Assembly: GCF_000017945.1 (NCBI RefSeq)
Contig: NC_009776.1
Coordinates: 1,140,001 to 1,172,000 of the forward strand
Direction of reading: 5' to 3'
Length of the DNA: 32,000 nucleotides
Origin: Ignicoccus hospitalis KIN4/I
Lineage (GTDB): Archaea; Thermoproteota; Thermoprotei_A; Sulfolobales; Ignicoccaceae
Every line of letters begins with the position of its first letter. The first letter of the stretch is position 1. The position numbers and the translations under genes are program-made. A model generated the notes under the pieces. It was not told the origin of the DNA and ran no database searches. It saw only the letters and a program-made list of their open reading frames with translations. Shown piece by piece: positions 1-9,021 of this stretch.

Positions 1-393
1 CTGTACGCGAGCAACGAGGGCAGTTCGCTCACCCTCTTTGGCGACTTGGACAGACCGTTCCTCAAGGTGGCCGAGCTCGTAGGGCTCTTGGCCGCCGGCG
101 GGTGCGGGGAGGAGTGCATAACTGCTGCGGAGCTCACGGCGAGCGTGAGCGCCGAGGGGTTCTGCAGCTTCGGTCAGATAGAGCTGGAGAGGGTAGGGAC
201 CCTTTCGGTATCCGGGCTGGTGGCTAGGAAAGAGGGAGAAGTCGTCAGCGTCGTCCCTTTAAACGAGAACTCGTACTTAATGGTGTACACCGTCAAGGGC
301 GACTGGAACACCGTTAAATCCCGAGCGTTATCTTTACACGCCCTCTTACCCCAAACGCTTGAGGTGGTCAAGAGGTGGACTTGTCAGCAATAA
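1..393 (+). CDS. Hypothetical protein, 5' truncated by window edge
   Basis: Frame 1 is open from base 1 (LYASNEGSSLTLFGDLDRPFLKVAEL...) to TAA at 391-393; the track ORF starts at an internal codon at 46. Confidence 0.6.
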   Translation: MYASNEGSSLTLFGDLDRPFLKVAELVGLLAAGGCGEECITAAELTASVSAEGFCSFGQIELERVGTLSVSGLVARKEGEVVSVVPLNENSYLMVYTVKGDWNTVKSRALSLHALLPQTLEVVKRWTCQQ

Positions 394-1121
394 AGGTAAT
401 AGCAGCGGACGTGGACGGGACCTTAACCGAGGGCGTCTCGTTCTTACTCGATATAGACGCAATAAAGGCGTTGAGGGACTTAGAGAGGCACGGGCTGAAA
501 GTGATCTTGGTCTCGGGAAACAGCAGGCCAGTAACCTTAACCTTGAAGAGGTACTTGGGGACCAGCGCTCCGGTAGTGTTCGAGAACGGCTGTGGTTACG
601 GGGACTTCACGTGGGAAGAGACGGTTCCCGACAAGTCCTCTTGCCTCGTGGCGAGGGAAGCGGCAGACACGCTCTTGAAGGTTCTCTCCGTCAAGGGTTG
701 GAGGCCCTCGTGGCAGAACCCCTGGAGGAAGTGCGACTTCGCGATCAACGCTCCCGAAGGGAAGACCTCCGAAGAGGACGCCAAGAAGGCTTACAAAATA
801 TTGGAAGAGCTGGGTTACTTGAAACAAGGGCTCGCGGTCTTGGTGAGCAGACACGCCGTCCACATAATGCCCAAGGACTGTGGCAAGGGTAAAGGAGTCA
901 AGAGGGTAGTGGAGAAGATGGGTTACGACATGAGCGAAGTGTTGGCAGTTGGCGACGCAGAGAACGATCTAGAGATGATAAAGATGGCCGGCGTGGGCGT
1001 GGCGGTCGCGGACGCCCAAGAGGTGCTCAAGAGGGAAGCCGACATAGTGGCCCCGGAGCCCGCGGGCAAGGGCTTCGCTTGGATAGCGAAGAAGGTGTTG
1101 GAGGCGAAGCGCTCGTCCTAA
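375..1121 (+). CDS. HAD-superfamily phosphatase (phosphoglycolate phosphatase-like)
   Basis: DVDGTLTEG motif I, ILVSGNSRP motif II, VLAVGDAENDLEMIKMAGVGVAVADA motif IV. Confidence 0.9.
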   Translation: MDLSAIKVIAADVDGTLTEGVSFLLDIDAIKALRDLERHGLKVILVSGNSRPVTLTLKRYLGTSAPVVFENGCGYGDFTWEETVPDKSSCLVAREAADTLLKVLSVKGWRPSWQNPWRKCDFAINAPEGKTSEEDAKKAYKILEELGYLKQGLAVLVSRHAVHIMPKDCGKGKGVKRVVEKMGYDMSEVLAVGDAENDLEMIKMAGVGVAVADAQEVLKREADIVAPEPAGKGFAWIAKKVLEAKRSS

Positions 1122-1603
1122 CTTACTGTACGAAGAGGAAGAGGGGGAGCCCCGGGAGGGCCTCCGAGGTCTACGCGGGGCCCGTAAGGAACTTGTTTGT
1201 TTTGGCCGAAAGGTTGGGCGCGCGGTGCTTCGTGCTCAGCGCCAAGTATGCCCTAATAGAGTGCGACGCCCGTGTAGAGCCCTACGAGCTCTACCTAGGG
1301 GAGCTGGGTCCCGAGGAGAGGGAGCGGCTAAAGAGAAGGGTAGGAGAGAGGTGCGACGAGCTCCGAGGTCCTTGGTACTTGGCGGTGGTCAACTTGAGCG
1401 GGCGGTACTCCGAGGTCTTCCCGTGCCGCGTGGAGGCGCGCTACGCTGTAGTAATAGGGAAAGTTGACGTGGTCTCGGCCGAGAAGGCCCTCAGGTTGGT
1501 GCCCAAAACTATAGGCCAGCGCAACTCGGCCTTGAAGGCCTTGGGGAGGGCGAGGAGCCTTGAGGACGTTATTCGACTTATTGAGGAGGGAACTTTCCAC
1601 TGA
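1079..1603 (+). CDS. Conserved hypothetical, DUF6884-like
   Basis: LTYCTKRKRGSP...YAGPVRNLFVLAERLGARCFVLSAKYALIECDARVEPYELYL resembles DUF6884-type proteins; overlaps the preceding gene by 43 nt. Confidence 0.6.
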   Translation: MDSEEGVGGEALVLTYCTKRKRGSPGRASEVYAGPVRNLFVLAERLGARCFVLSAKYALIECDARVEPYELYLGELGPEERERLKRRVGERCDELRGPWYLAVVNLSGRYSEVFPCRVEARYAVVIGKVDVVSAEKALRLVPKTIGQRNSALKALGRARSLEDVIRLIEEGTFH

Positions 1604-2075
1604 AAGCTTGATTTCGATTGCATCGACCGAATGGGAGGAGGCGGTCGCCGAGTTCAGGAAGTTCGCGATGAACTGCTCGGAATCAACTAACAGGGAGGCG
1701 TGCGACGAGAGGTTGAAGGACTACAAAGAAACTTTCAAAGATCTGATAAAGCTTAGGATATACAAGATGCTGAAAACCGAAGAAGTCCCGGAGACCTCGG
1801 TTGACGAGCCTTTCCTCAGGCTAGTGCTAAAGTTGATAACAGACTTCACCAGCTCCTTGGACGAGGTAGTGGCGGACGAGAGGGGCAGGGTTTTTGTGAT
1901 AGTTAGAAAGAGGTTGGACGTGGGAGGGGTAATAGCGGAGCCCAACGAGCTAGTTATGATGAGTTTAATGGAGGCTGTCGCGCTTAGCGCCTTCGGTTAC
2001 GTGGAGCTGCTGAAGCTCCCGGTTGAGGGCTCGGAGAAGTTCTCGTGGATAACCTCAGAGCCGGTCAAGGCTTAA
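1560..2075 (+). CDS. Hypothetical protein, candidate GINS subunit (Gins15/51-like)
   Basis: Helical N-terminal region (EFRKFAMN...RLKDYKETFKDLIKLRIYKMLK...EPFLRLVLKLITDF) followed by a short beta-rich domain; adjacent and convergent to hel308. Family call is tentative. Confidence 0.5.
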   Translation: MRTLFDLLRRELSTESLISIASTEWEEAVAEFRKFAMNCSESTNREACDERLKDYKETFKDLIKLRIYKMLKTEEVPETSVDEPFLRLVLKLITDFTSSLDEVVADERGRVFVIVRKRLDVGGVIAEPNELVMMSLMEAVALSAFGYVELLKLPVEGSEKFSWITSEPVKA

Positions 2076-4161
2076 CCCACTTGACCAGCCCGTAGCCCAA
2101 GCCCATCGCCTCTAAGGCCCGCTTAACGACCCCCTTACCGACCACCCTCGCAGCTAGGTCAGCCCTCTTGACGAAGTCCTCTTTAGACCTTATTCCGGCG
2201 TTCCAAAGCGCCCTGGCCCTTACCCTACCTATGTAGGGTATCTGCACTAACTCGACGAGCTCTTCGGAGACGCCGTACTTCAAGCGGAGCTCCAGCTCCG
2301 CCAGCGCCTCGGAGTGTTTGTACAGACCGACGAACTTAGCTATTTCAGAATATGCATGGACCAGCCACGCGGCCGTGTCGCTCAACACTCTGAGGTCTCC
2401 CGGGTAGAAGCCGTACTTCTTCGCTATCACCTCCTCCGGCTCCTCCTTCACCCAGCTCTCCAGGGCTAGAGCGACCTTCAACGCGCTCAACGCCGTCGAC
2501 TCGCTCACGTACTCGTCATCCCTTATCAAGAGCTCGTCGAACCTCTCCTCCGCCACCCTCCAGAGCTCCCTCACCTCCGAGCTCCTCAGCCCCCTCTTGG
2601 GCATGTCCGGGGTGACGGCGACCAAGTGCAAGTACCCCAAAGCGGTAGTCTTGCCCTTGCGGCGCTTCAGGGCCCCCAGAACTACCTTTGCCCCTAGTGG
2701 GTCCACGTACTGTTTGGCGACTACCGTTCCCAACGGCGTAGCCTTGACTCCTTCCACCAAACCAGCCCCCTTTAGGAACTCCAGCGACCTCCTCGCGTCG
2801 TCTATCGCGTTTGCTGCCCCTTCTGTAACCCCGAAGAGGGTCTCCTCTATGAACTCCACCAACTCCGCCTCGCTGTTAACTGCCTTGGAGGCTATCAGCC
2901 CTAAGAGAGATCTTCTCAACGCTCGGGCGCTGGTCAAGGCGCTCCGCACGTCCTCCGGCTGGCCCAAGACGTACCTCTCGTAGACCTCCTCCGGAGGGGC
3001 CTTCGGCCTAGCTACTAACACTGAGGTGCCCTTAACGTCCAAGCCCGGCCTGCCCGCCCTCCCGGCCATCTGCTTGTACTCTGAGACCGAGATCGGCGCC
3101 TCCCCCTCGTCCGTGTACCTCGTGTACCTCTCGATCACGACCGCTCTGGCCGGCAAGTTGACCCCAGCGGCCAGCGTGGGGGTGGCGGCGACGAACTTGA
3201 TCGCCCCGGAGCGGAAGGCCTCCTCCACGAGCAGTCGGGCCTCGTTGGTGAGCCCGGCGTGGTGGAAGGCGGCTCCCCTCTCCACCATCTTCGCCAAGAC
3301 CTCGCCGAGCTCCCCTTCTACCTCAATCCTGACCCTCTCTGCCCACTCCTTGGTAACCTTATCGGGTTTCAACAACTTCGATATCTTCTTTGCCGCGTTC
3401 TCGGCCCTCTTCCTCGTGCTAGCGAAGTAGAGCGCTTGGCCCTCCCTCATGTAGTGGAGGGCCGCGTCCAAGCCCGGGTCGCTCAAGACCTCCTTCACTT
3501 CCTCGACTCTGTCCTCGAACAACACCTCGTAGCTGGACGGGTCCATTACGCCTTCCTCCAGCTTCACGGGCCTCCAGTCGTGGGTGACGAGTTCCGCGTC
3601 CAACCAAGAGGCCAAGTCCTCCGGGTTCCCCACGGTGGCCGAGAGCGCGACTATCTGCTTTCCCATTAGCTTTAACCTAGTCACTACAACCTCCAACGTC
3701 GGGCCCCTCTCCTCGTCGCCCACGTAGTGGACCTCGTCCACCACTACAGTCCCCACTTCCTTCAACCAAGGAGAGTTGTGCCTCAGCAAGGAGTCCATCC
3801 TCTCGTACGTAGCCACTAAGACGTCCGCCTCCCCCACCTCGGGGGCGTGGTAGTCGCCGACGCTCAGCGCCACTTTCGAGTCCTTGAATATTTTCTTCAA
3901 GGAGGCGTACTTTTCGAAGGCCAAGCTCCGCAGTGGGGTTAGGTAGACGGCCTTGTAGCCGTTGTCGAGGGCGTTCTTTATAGCCATCTCGGCTACGAGC
4001 GTCTTGCCCGAGCCCGTGGGAGCGGAGACCAACAAGTTCTTGAACTCAGTCAGTCCCTTCTGGAGGGCGAGCTCTTGGACGGGGAACAGCCGCCTTATGC
4101 CCCTCTCCTCCAACCACTCCTTTAACCCTAACCTCGCTCCCTCGGGGTTCTGGGCCCTCAA
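2065..4161 (-). CDS. hel308: Hel308/Hjm family superfamily 2 helicase
   Basis: SAPTGSGKTLVAEMA, VVDEVHYVGD, ALSATVGNP, QMAGRAGRPGLD motifs and helix-hairpin-helix-like C-terminus. Confidence 0.95.
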   Translation of the reverse strand: MRAQNPEGARLGLKEWLEERGIRRLFPVQELALQKGLTEFKNLLVSAPTGSGKTLVAEMAIKNALDNGYKAVYLTPLRSLAFEKYASLKKIFKDSKVALSVGDYHAPEVGEADVLVATYERMDSLLRHNSPWLKEVGTVVVDEVHYVGDEERGPTLEVVVTRLKLMGKQIVALSATVGNPEDLASWLDAELVTHDWRPVKLEEGVMDPSSYEVLFEDRVEEVKEVLSDPGLDAALHYMREGQALYFASTRKRAENAAKKISKLLKPDKVTKEWAERVRIEVEGELGEVLAKMVERGAAFHHAGLTNEARLLVEEAFRSGAIKFVAATPTLAAGVNLPARAVVIERYTRYTDEGEAPISVSEYKQMAGRAGRPGLDVKGTSVLVARPKAPPEEVYERYVLGQPEDVRSALTSARALRRSLLGLIASKAVNSEAELVEFIEETLFGVTEGAANAIDDARRSLEFLKGAGLVEGVKATPLGTVVAKQYVDPLGAKVVLGALKRRKGKTTALGYLHLVAVTPDMPKRGLRSSEVRELWRVAEERFDELLIRDDEYVSESTALSALKVALALESWVKEEPEEVIAKKYGFYPGDLRVLSDTAAWLVHAYSEIAKFVGLYKHSEALAELELRLKYGVSEELVELVQIPYIGRVRARALWNAGIRSKEDFVKRADLAARVVGKGVVKRALEAMGLGYGLVKWVKP

Positions 4162-4172
4162 GCGTTAAAGTA

Positions 4173-5504
4173 ATGCTGAATACTCCGGCACTTACGGACG
4201 GCCCTTGTGAGGGCAAGAGGAACTTGAGGGTGAGGGTAGAGCCGTCGACGCCGGAGGGCTCCGTAGAGGCGCCGCCGAGCAAGAGCTGGGCCCAGAGGGC
4301 AGCCTTCTTGGCCCTCTTGGCCGAGGGGAGGAGCTCCTTTCGGAGGGTGCCCGAGTCAGACGACGTGCTCGCCTCGCTGGAGGCGGTCCGGGCTTTCGGG
4401 GCGAAGGTGGAGGCGAAGGGAGGGGAGGTTGCGATAGAGGGAGGGGAGGTCAAGGTACCCGAGGACGTAATCAACATGAGGGGCTCCGGCACGGGGGCGC
4501 GGATAGCGATAGCCGTGGGGACTTTGGTGCCTAAAGGCTTCGGGGTAGTAGTAACGGGTAACGCCAGCCTCCGCAGGAGGCCCATGACTCCGGTCGTGGA
4601 AGTGATGAACGCCTTGGGGGCGGAGGTAGTCAGCTTGAGGGGGGGACTCCTCCCGGTCGTGAGCTTCGGGGGGCTCCCGGGCGGGGAGGCGGAGGTGGAC
4701 GGGAGCGTAACCAGCCAACACGTGACGGCGGCTCTAATAGCTTCCACCAAGAGCGAGAGGGGGGCAAAAATAACCGTTAAGAACGCCGTCTCAAGGGGCT
4801 ATATCGCCTTAACGGAGAGGGTGATGAGGCTCTTCGGGGCCAAGGTCAAGTGCGACGCGAAGTACTCTTACTGCGAAGTGGAGCCCTCGGAGCTGAAAGC
4901 CGTAAGGTCTGAAGTGCCCGGGGACTACGCGCTGGCCGCCTTCCCGGCCGCCCTGGCGGTGGTGAGCGGGGGCGAGGTGAAGGTGGGCCCCCTGCCGCCC
5001 CCGGAGAGCGGCCCGGGGGACCACAGGCTGGTAGACTACCTAAGGAAGTTCGGGGTGGAAGTCAGCTACTCCGACGGCTACTTGCGCGTAGAAGGGAGCG
5101 TGAGGCCGAAGGGGACTCGAGTAAACTTGAAGGACGAGCCGGACCTAGCCCTCCCCCTGGCGGCCGTGGCGGCCGTCAGCAAGGGAGAGAGCGTGTTGGC
5201 GGGCCTCTCTCACTTAGTATATAAGGAGTCAAACAGGATAGAGACGATATTGCAAACGCTCAAGTGTTTCGGCGTGAGCGCGCGCGTCGACGGGCCGAGC
5301 ATAAGGGTCTTGGGAACGGAGTCGCTAAGGCCTTGCAGACTTAAGTGCCCGGACGACCACCGGATAGCGATGCTCGCCGCAGTGTTGGGGTCTGCCGCGG
5401 GGGCCGTTATAGAGTCCGCGGAGTGCGTCAACAAGAGCTGGCCCGGGTTCTGGGACGCGCTGAGCTCTCTGGGGGTGAAGGTCTATGTGGAGGGTCGCCG
5501 CTAA
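4173..5504 (+). CDS. aroA: 3-phosphoshikimate 1-carboxyvinyltransferase (EPSP synthase)
   Basis: PPSKSWAQRAAFLALLAEG, NMRGSGTGARIAIAVG, DEPDLALPLAAVAAV, KESNRIETI, DDHRIAML. The true start may be TTG 4224 (LRVRVEPSTPEGSVEAPPSKS). Confidence 0.93.
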   Translation: MLNTPALTDGPCEGKRNLRVRVEPSTPEGSVEAPPSKSWAQRAAFLALLAEGRSSFRRVPESDDVLASLEAVRAFGAKVEAKGGEVAIEGGEVKVPEDVINMRGSGTGARIAIAVGTLVPKGFGVVVTGNASLRRRPMTPVVEVMNALGAEVVSLRGGLLPVVSFGGLPGGEAEVDGSVTSQHVTAALIASTKSERGAKITVKNAVSRGYIALTERVMRLFGAKVKCDAKYSYCEVEPSELKAVRSEVPGDYALAAFPAALAVVSGGEVKVGPLPPPESGPGDHRLVDYLRKFGVEVSYSDGYLRVEGSVRPKGTRVNLKDEPDLALPLAAVAAVSKGESVLAGLSHLVYKESNRIETILQTLKCFGVSARVDGPSIRVLGTESLRPCRLKCPDDHRIAMLAAVLGSAAGAVIESAECVNKSWPGFWDALSSLGVKVYVEGRR

Positions 5505-5937
5505 GAGGGGGTACTTGAGCATAAGGGGAGAGGACGTGTACGCCGTGGTCGACCCCTCGGAGCTGCCGGAGGACTTAATAGACATAGACTTCGTCATTCT
5601 AACCGAGAAGCCGAAGAACAAGAGGGTGTTGAACGAAATCCTCAAGAGCAGCAAGGCGACCTTGGTCGGCTCGCCCAAGAACGTGAAACACTACGCCTCG
5701 GACCACTACGTGGAGGAGGTCAAAGGGGTCAAGGGCTTAGCTCCCGGCCTCTGGGTGGCCAACGTGAAGGGTAAGGTAGTCATTGGGATAGACGAAGCTG
5801 AGGAATACATGATACTGATCTCGGAGGAGTTCCAAAGGGAGGAGGCAGAGGACTTGGGCAAGAAGATCTACGGAACTTCGGGGAGAGTGGTAACCCTCGG
5901 CGAAGTGGTGGAGGAGACCCTAGGTGAAGAGCTTTGA
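5485..5937 (+). CDS. Conserved hypothetical protein
   Basis: 150-aa ORF overlapping the aroA 3' end by 20 nt and the next ORF by 4 nt; plausible coding composition. Confidence 0.7.
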   Translation: MWRVAAKRGYLSIRGEDVYAVVDPSELPEDLIDIDFVILTEKPKNKRVLNEILKSSKATLVGSPKNVKHYASDHYVEEVKGVKGLAPGLWVANVKGKVVIGIDEAEEYMILISEEFQREEAEDLGKKIYGTSGRVVTLGEVVEETLGEEL

Positions 5938-6560
5938 AGAAAGAGAGACCGATAGACTTAGTGTTGGCAGACGTAATCTCGTACGTCTTCAACCCTTATG
6001 ATTTCGGCCTCGTACTCGTGCTGACGTCGTGGTTTAAGGACGGTAACTTGTTTTACGGTATACTCGCCTTGCTCTCGCTGGCCCTCCTACCCTTCCTCAA
6101 ACACTTCAGAGGGGTTCGGATGGGGGCCTTCGACTGGAATGTTAACGAATTCAAGAAGAGGACCTCCATATTGGCCCTTTCGGGCTTGGGCGGGATCTTC
6201 GGCTCGTATTTGTTGTTCGTGTTGGGAGCTAAGTACGTGGCTACGGAGACTCTGGCCTACGCGCTAACGAGCTTAGTCGCCGCCGCTTGTTCCAGAGTGG
6301 TAAAGGTGTCAATTCATGTCGCGACCGCCGTCACCAGCACGGCTGTGTTGGGGTGGGCCTTCGGGAAAGAGGTGGGCCTCGTTCTGGTCATTATAACGGT
6401 GGCAATAGCTTGGTCCCGGCTGAGGCTCAGAGCCCACACGCTGGAGGAGGTCTTGGAGGGCTACGCGGCCGCCGGCCTCGGGACCACTACGGCGTTCTTG
6501 TTAATACAAACCTTCTTACCTCTGCAGGCCCTCACGATCCTTAAACAAGATCTTATATGA
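5934..6560 (+). CDS. Predicted multi-pass membrane protein
   Basis: Several hydrophobic spans (FGLVLVLTSWF, GILALLSLALLPFL, ILALSGLGGIFGSYLLFVLG, VGLVLVIITVAIAW, GLGTTTAFLLIQTFL). Confidence 0.75.
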   Translation: MKKERPIDLVLADVISYVFNPYDFGLVLVLTSWFKDGNLFYGILALLSLALLPFLKHFRGVRMGAFDWNVNEFKKRTSILALSGLGGIFGSYLLFVLGAKYVATETLAYALTSLVAAACSRVVKVSIHVATAVTSTAVLGWAFGKEVGLVLVIITVAIAWSRLRLRAHTLEEVLEGYAAAGLGTTTAFLLIQTFLPLQALTILKQDLI

Positions 6561-6617
6561 GAAATGAGGTTGGACTCGCGTCAATCTCAAAACTAGCTGG
6601 GGAGGTGAGTTGCCCGG

Positions 6618-6694
6618 GGCCCCGTAGCTCAGCCAGGAAGAGCGCGGGCCTCCGGAGCCCGTGGTCCCGGGTTCAAGTCCCGGCGGGGCCGCCA
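6618..6694 (+). tRNA. tRNA-Arg(CCG), CCA encoded
   Basis: GGCCCCG/CGGGGCC acceptor, GCTC/GAGC D stem, CGGGC-CTCCGGA-GCCCG anticodon arm, CCGGG-TTCAAGT-CCCGG T arm, G discriminator plus CCA. Upstream cttatatg is TATA-like. Confidence 0.97.
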
Positions 6695-6806
6695 CCCCGC
6701 GTATAAAGGGAAGGCTCCAGAGTGTGGTAACGGAGGCTCCAACGGTCCGGGGTAGGAGCGAGTGGTCCGTCCAATAAAACGGAGAGCGGCGGTCGAAACG
6801 CTATTT

Positions 6807-7166
6807 TCATCCCACCAACCCCAAGTACTTCACCAAGTTCTTATACTCCTTCAACCTCGAGGACAGCTGGCTATACACCTCCTTCCACTTGCCGTAGAAC
6901 TTGTTAAACTCCTCGTAGGCCTTGTCTATCTCTTTCGCTATGTACGCCTTTATCAACGTTTCCGCTCCCCCGACGGAGGCCATTTGGCACTTCACCTTCG
7001 CCAGCTCGTAAAGCCTCATAGGCTTTGTAGCCCTTAACAAGAACTACTCCACCAGCCCCAGCTTGGACTCTATAGCCTTGTAGTCAACTGAGGGCTTGCT
7101 CTCCTTCAAGGCGTCCAGCTGCTCCTTAGCCTCCCTCTTGAACGATATCAAACGCGACTGGATCAA
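6807..7166 (-). pseudogene. Small helical protein gene with an in-frame TAG (pseudogene, readthrough gene or sequence error)
   Basis: One frame from TTG 7166 reads LIQSRLISFKREAKEQLDALKESKPSVDYKAIESKLGLVE*FLLRATKPMRLYELAKVKCQ...YLGLVG; TAG at 7044-7046 is the only interruption. The track lists only the part after the TAG (6807..7040). Confidence 0.6.
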
Positions 7167-7433
7167 CCTTCACCGACGTCGCGTAAGTTAATAGAATTAC
7201 GATATTCTCATTAATGATACTATAAGGTTACACTAGAAAGCGTCTGTCCCGACCTCTCTTCCAAAGGTGCGGCGACGGCTAGCGAACCCCAGTCAACATC
7301 CAACCATGGCTTCCCCGCACTGTAGTAAACATTGTTCTAGAGGAATTAGATTGATTGAAACAATATTCCACAATATTGCCCAAATTGTTATGATTATGTT
7401 CACTCGTCGTCGTAGCTCGGGTGAAACGGAAAG

Positions 7434-8657
7434 GTGAGCGGCCTTAACGCGGGCGACGTGGCTTGGGTACTGAGCGCAACCTCAATGGTCTTGTTCATGA
7501 GCGTAAGCGGCTTGGCCGCGTTTTACGGAGGCCTCGTGAGGGATAGGAACGTCCTCTCGACCATGCTACACGTCCTCCTCGCGTTCTCCACAGGGCTCAT
7601 AGCGTGGACTCTCTTCGGCTTCAGCGTAGCCTTCGGGAAGGACCTCTACGGCCTGATAGGCAACCCCCTCCAATACTTCGCCTTGCTGCCTAACTCCTTA
7701 CCAAAGGTTTGGCCCGGGACCGACATCCCCGCCTCCTTGTTCGCGGCCTTCCAAGGGATGTTCGCCTCAATAGCAGTGGCAATAATCGCCTCCGCTATAG
7801 CGGAGAGGGGCAAAGTTGAGGCGTGGATCGCCTTCAGCTTCTTGTGGACCTTATTGGTCTACAGCGTAATAGCCCACTGGGTCTGGGGAGGAGGTTGGCT
7901 CTCCTCGATGGACGCGTTGGACTTCGCCGGGGGGCTGGTAGTACACATAAGCTCCGGCTTCTCCGCACTGGTGTTGAGCCTCATAATAGGTAAAAGGAAG
8001 TTCATAAAGAGAGTGGAGCCTGTCCCCCACAACATACCGCTGGTCTTGTTGGGCGCGGGAGCCTTGTGGTTCGGCTGGTTGGGCTTTAACGCCGGGAGCG
8101 CCCTCGCCGCGAACCAAGACGCTGCCAACGCGTTACTCGTGAGCGCCTTGGCCGCCGCCGCGGGAGGTCTCGCGTGGGTTTACTTGGATCTCAGGGAGAA
8201 CGGAATATCCAGCAGCGTCGGCTTCGCGTCCGGCGTCGTGGCCGGGCTGGTCGCGATAACTCCGGCGGCCGGTTACGTGGACCCCCTAGGGGCCCTCGTC
8301 ATAGGGGCCTTGGCCTCGGTGGTCAGCTACAACGCCGTAAAGTTCAGGATAGCTAAGGGCTGGGACGAGACGTTGGATGCTTGGGCAGTTCACGGGATGA
8401 GCGGCGTCTGGGGTTCTATCGCAACCGGCATCTTCGCCAACCCCCTAGTAGGGGGCAGGGCGGGCCTGCTCTTCGGCGACCCTTACCAACTGGTAGTCCA
8501 GATACTCAGCACGGTCGTAAGCATAGCTTACTCCGTCGCCGCTACCTACGTATTAGCGACTCTGATAGACAAGGTCGTGGGCTGGAGGGTGCCGGAGGAA
8601 GTGGAGAGGATAGGCCTCGACGTGTCGGAGCTCGGAGAGGAGGCCTACGTCATCTAA
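7434..8657 (+). CDS. amtB: Ammonium transporter AmtB
   Basis: Amt family signatures across 407 aa (GLAAFYGGLVRDRN, VAHWVWGGGWL, DFAGGLVVHISSG, GWLGFNAGSALA, HGMSGVWG). Confidence 0.95.
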   Translation: MSGLNAGDVAWVLSATSMVLFMSVSGLAAFYGGLVRDRNVLSTMLHVLLAFSTGLIAWTLFGFSVAFGKDLYGLIGNPLQYFALLPNSLPKVWPGTDIPASLFAAFQGMFASIAVAIIASAIAERGKVEAWIAFSFLWTLLVYSVIAHWVWGGGWLSSMDALDFAGGLVVHISSGFSALVLSLIIGKRKFIKRVEPVPHNIPLVLLGAGALWFGWLGFNAGSALAANQDAANALLVSALAAAAGGLAWVYLDLRENGISSSVGFASGVVAGLVAITPAAGYVDPLGALVIGALASVVSYNAVKFRIAKGWDETLDAWAVHGMSGVWGSIATGIFANPLVGGRAGLLFGDPYQLVVQILSTVVSIAYSVAATYVLATLIDKVVGWRVPEEVERIGLDVSELGEEAYVI

Positions 8658-8661
8658 GGGG

Positions 8662-9021
8662 GTGGCCGGGATGACGAAGCTAATAATTGCATTCATAAGG
8701 CCTGAGAAGTTGGAAGACGTAAAGGACGAGCTCGAGAAGGTCGGGATATACCCGATGACTATAGTGGAAGTAAAGGGGAGGGGGACGCAGAAGGGCGTCA
8801 CCCTAAACTACAGGGGAGTGCCAGTAACCGTGGAGTTCATCCCCAAGCTACAAATCGAACTAATAGTGGAGGACGAGGAAGTGGACAAGGCCGTAGAGGC
8901 GATAGCTAAGGGAGCTTACACCGGGCATCCAGGCGATGGGCGAATAGTCATCTTACCTGTTGAAAAGAACATCAAGATAAGGGACTATTACGAGAAGGTC
9001 TTAGGCGGCCGCGGAAGTTAA
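8662..9021 (+). CDS. glnK: Nitrogen regulatory protein P-II
   Basis: P-II fold sequence with T-loop KGRGTQKGVTLNYRGVPVTVEFIPK and GHPGDGRIVILPVE; directly downstream of amtB. ATG at 8671 is an alternative start. Confidence 0.94.
   Translation: MAGMTKLIIAFIRPEKLEDVKDELEKVGIYPMTIVEVKGRGTQKGVTLNYRGVPVTVEFIPKLQIELIVEDEEVDKAVEAIAKGAYTGHPGDGRIVILPVEKNIKIRDYYEKVLGGRGS

Noticed and set aside
6762-7037. 91-aa plus-strand ORF with Leu/Gln/His-rich sequence
   Set aside because: Shadow of the minus-strand TAG-interrupted frame, with composition typical of antisense reading.
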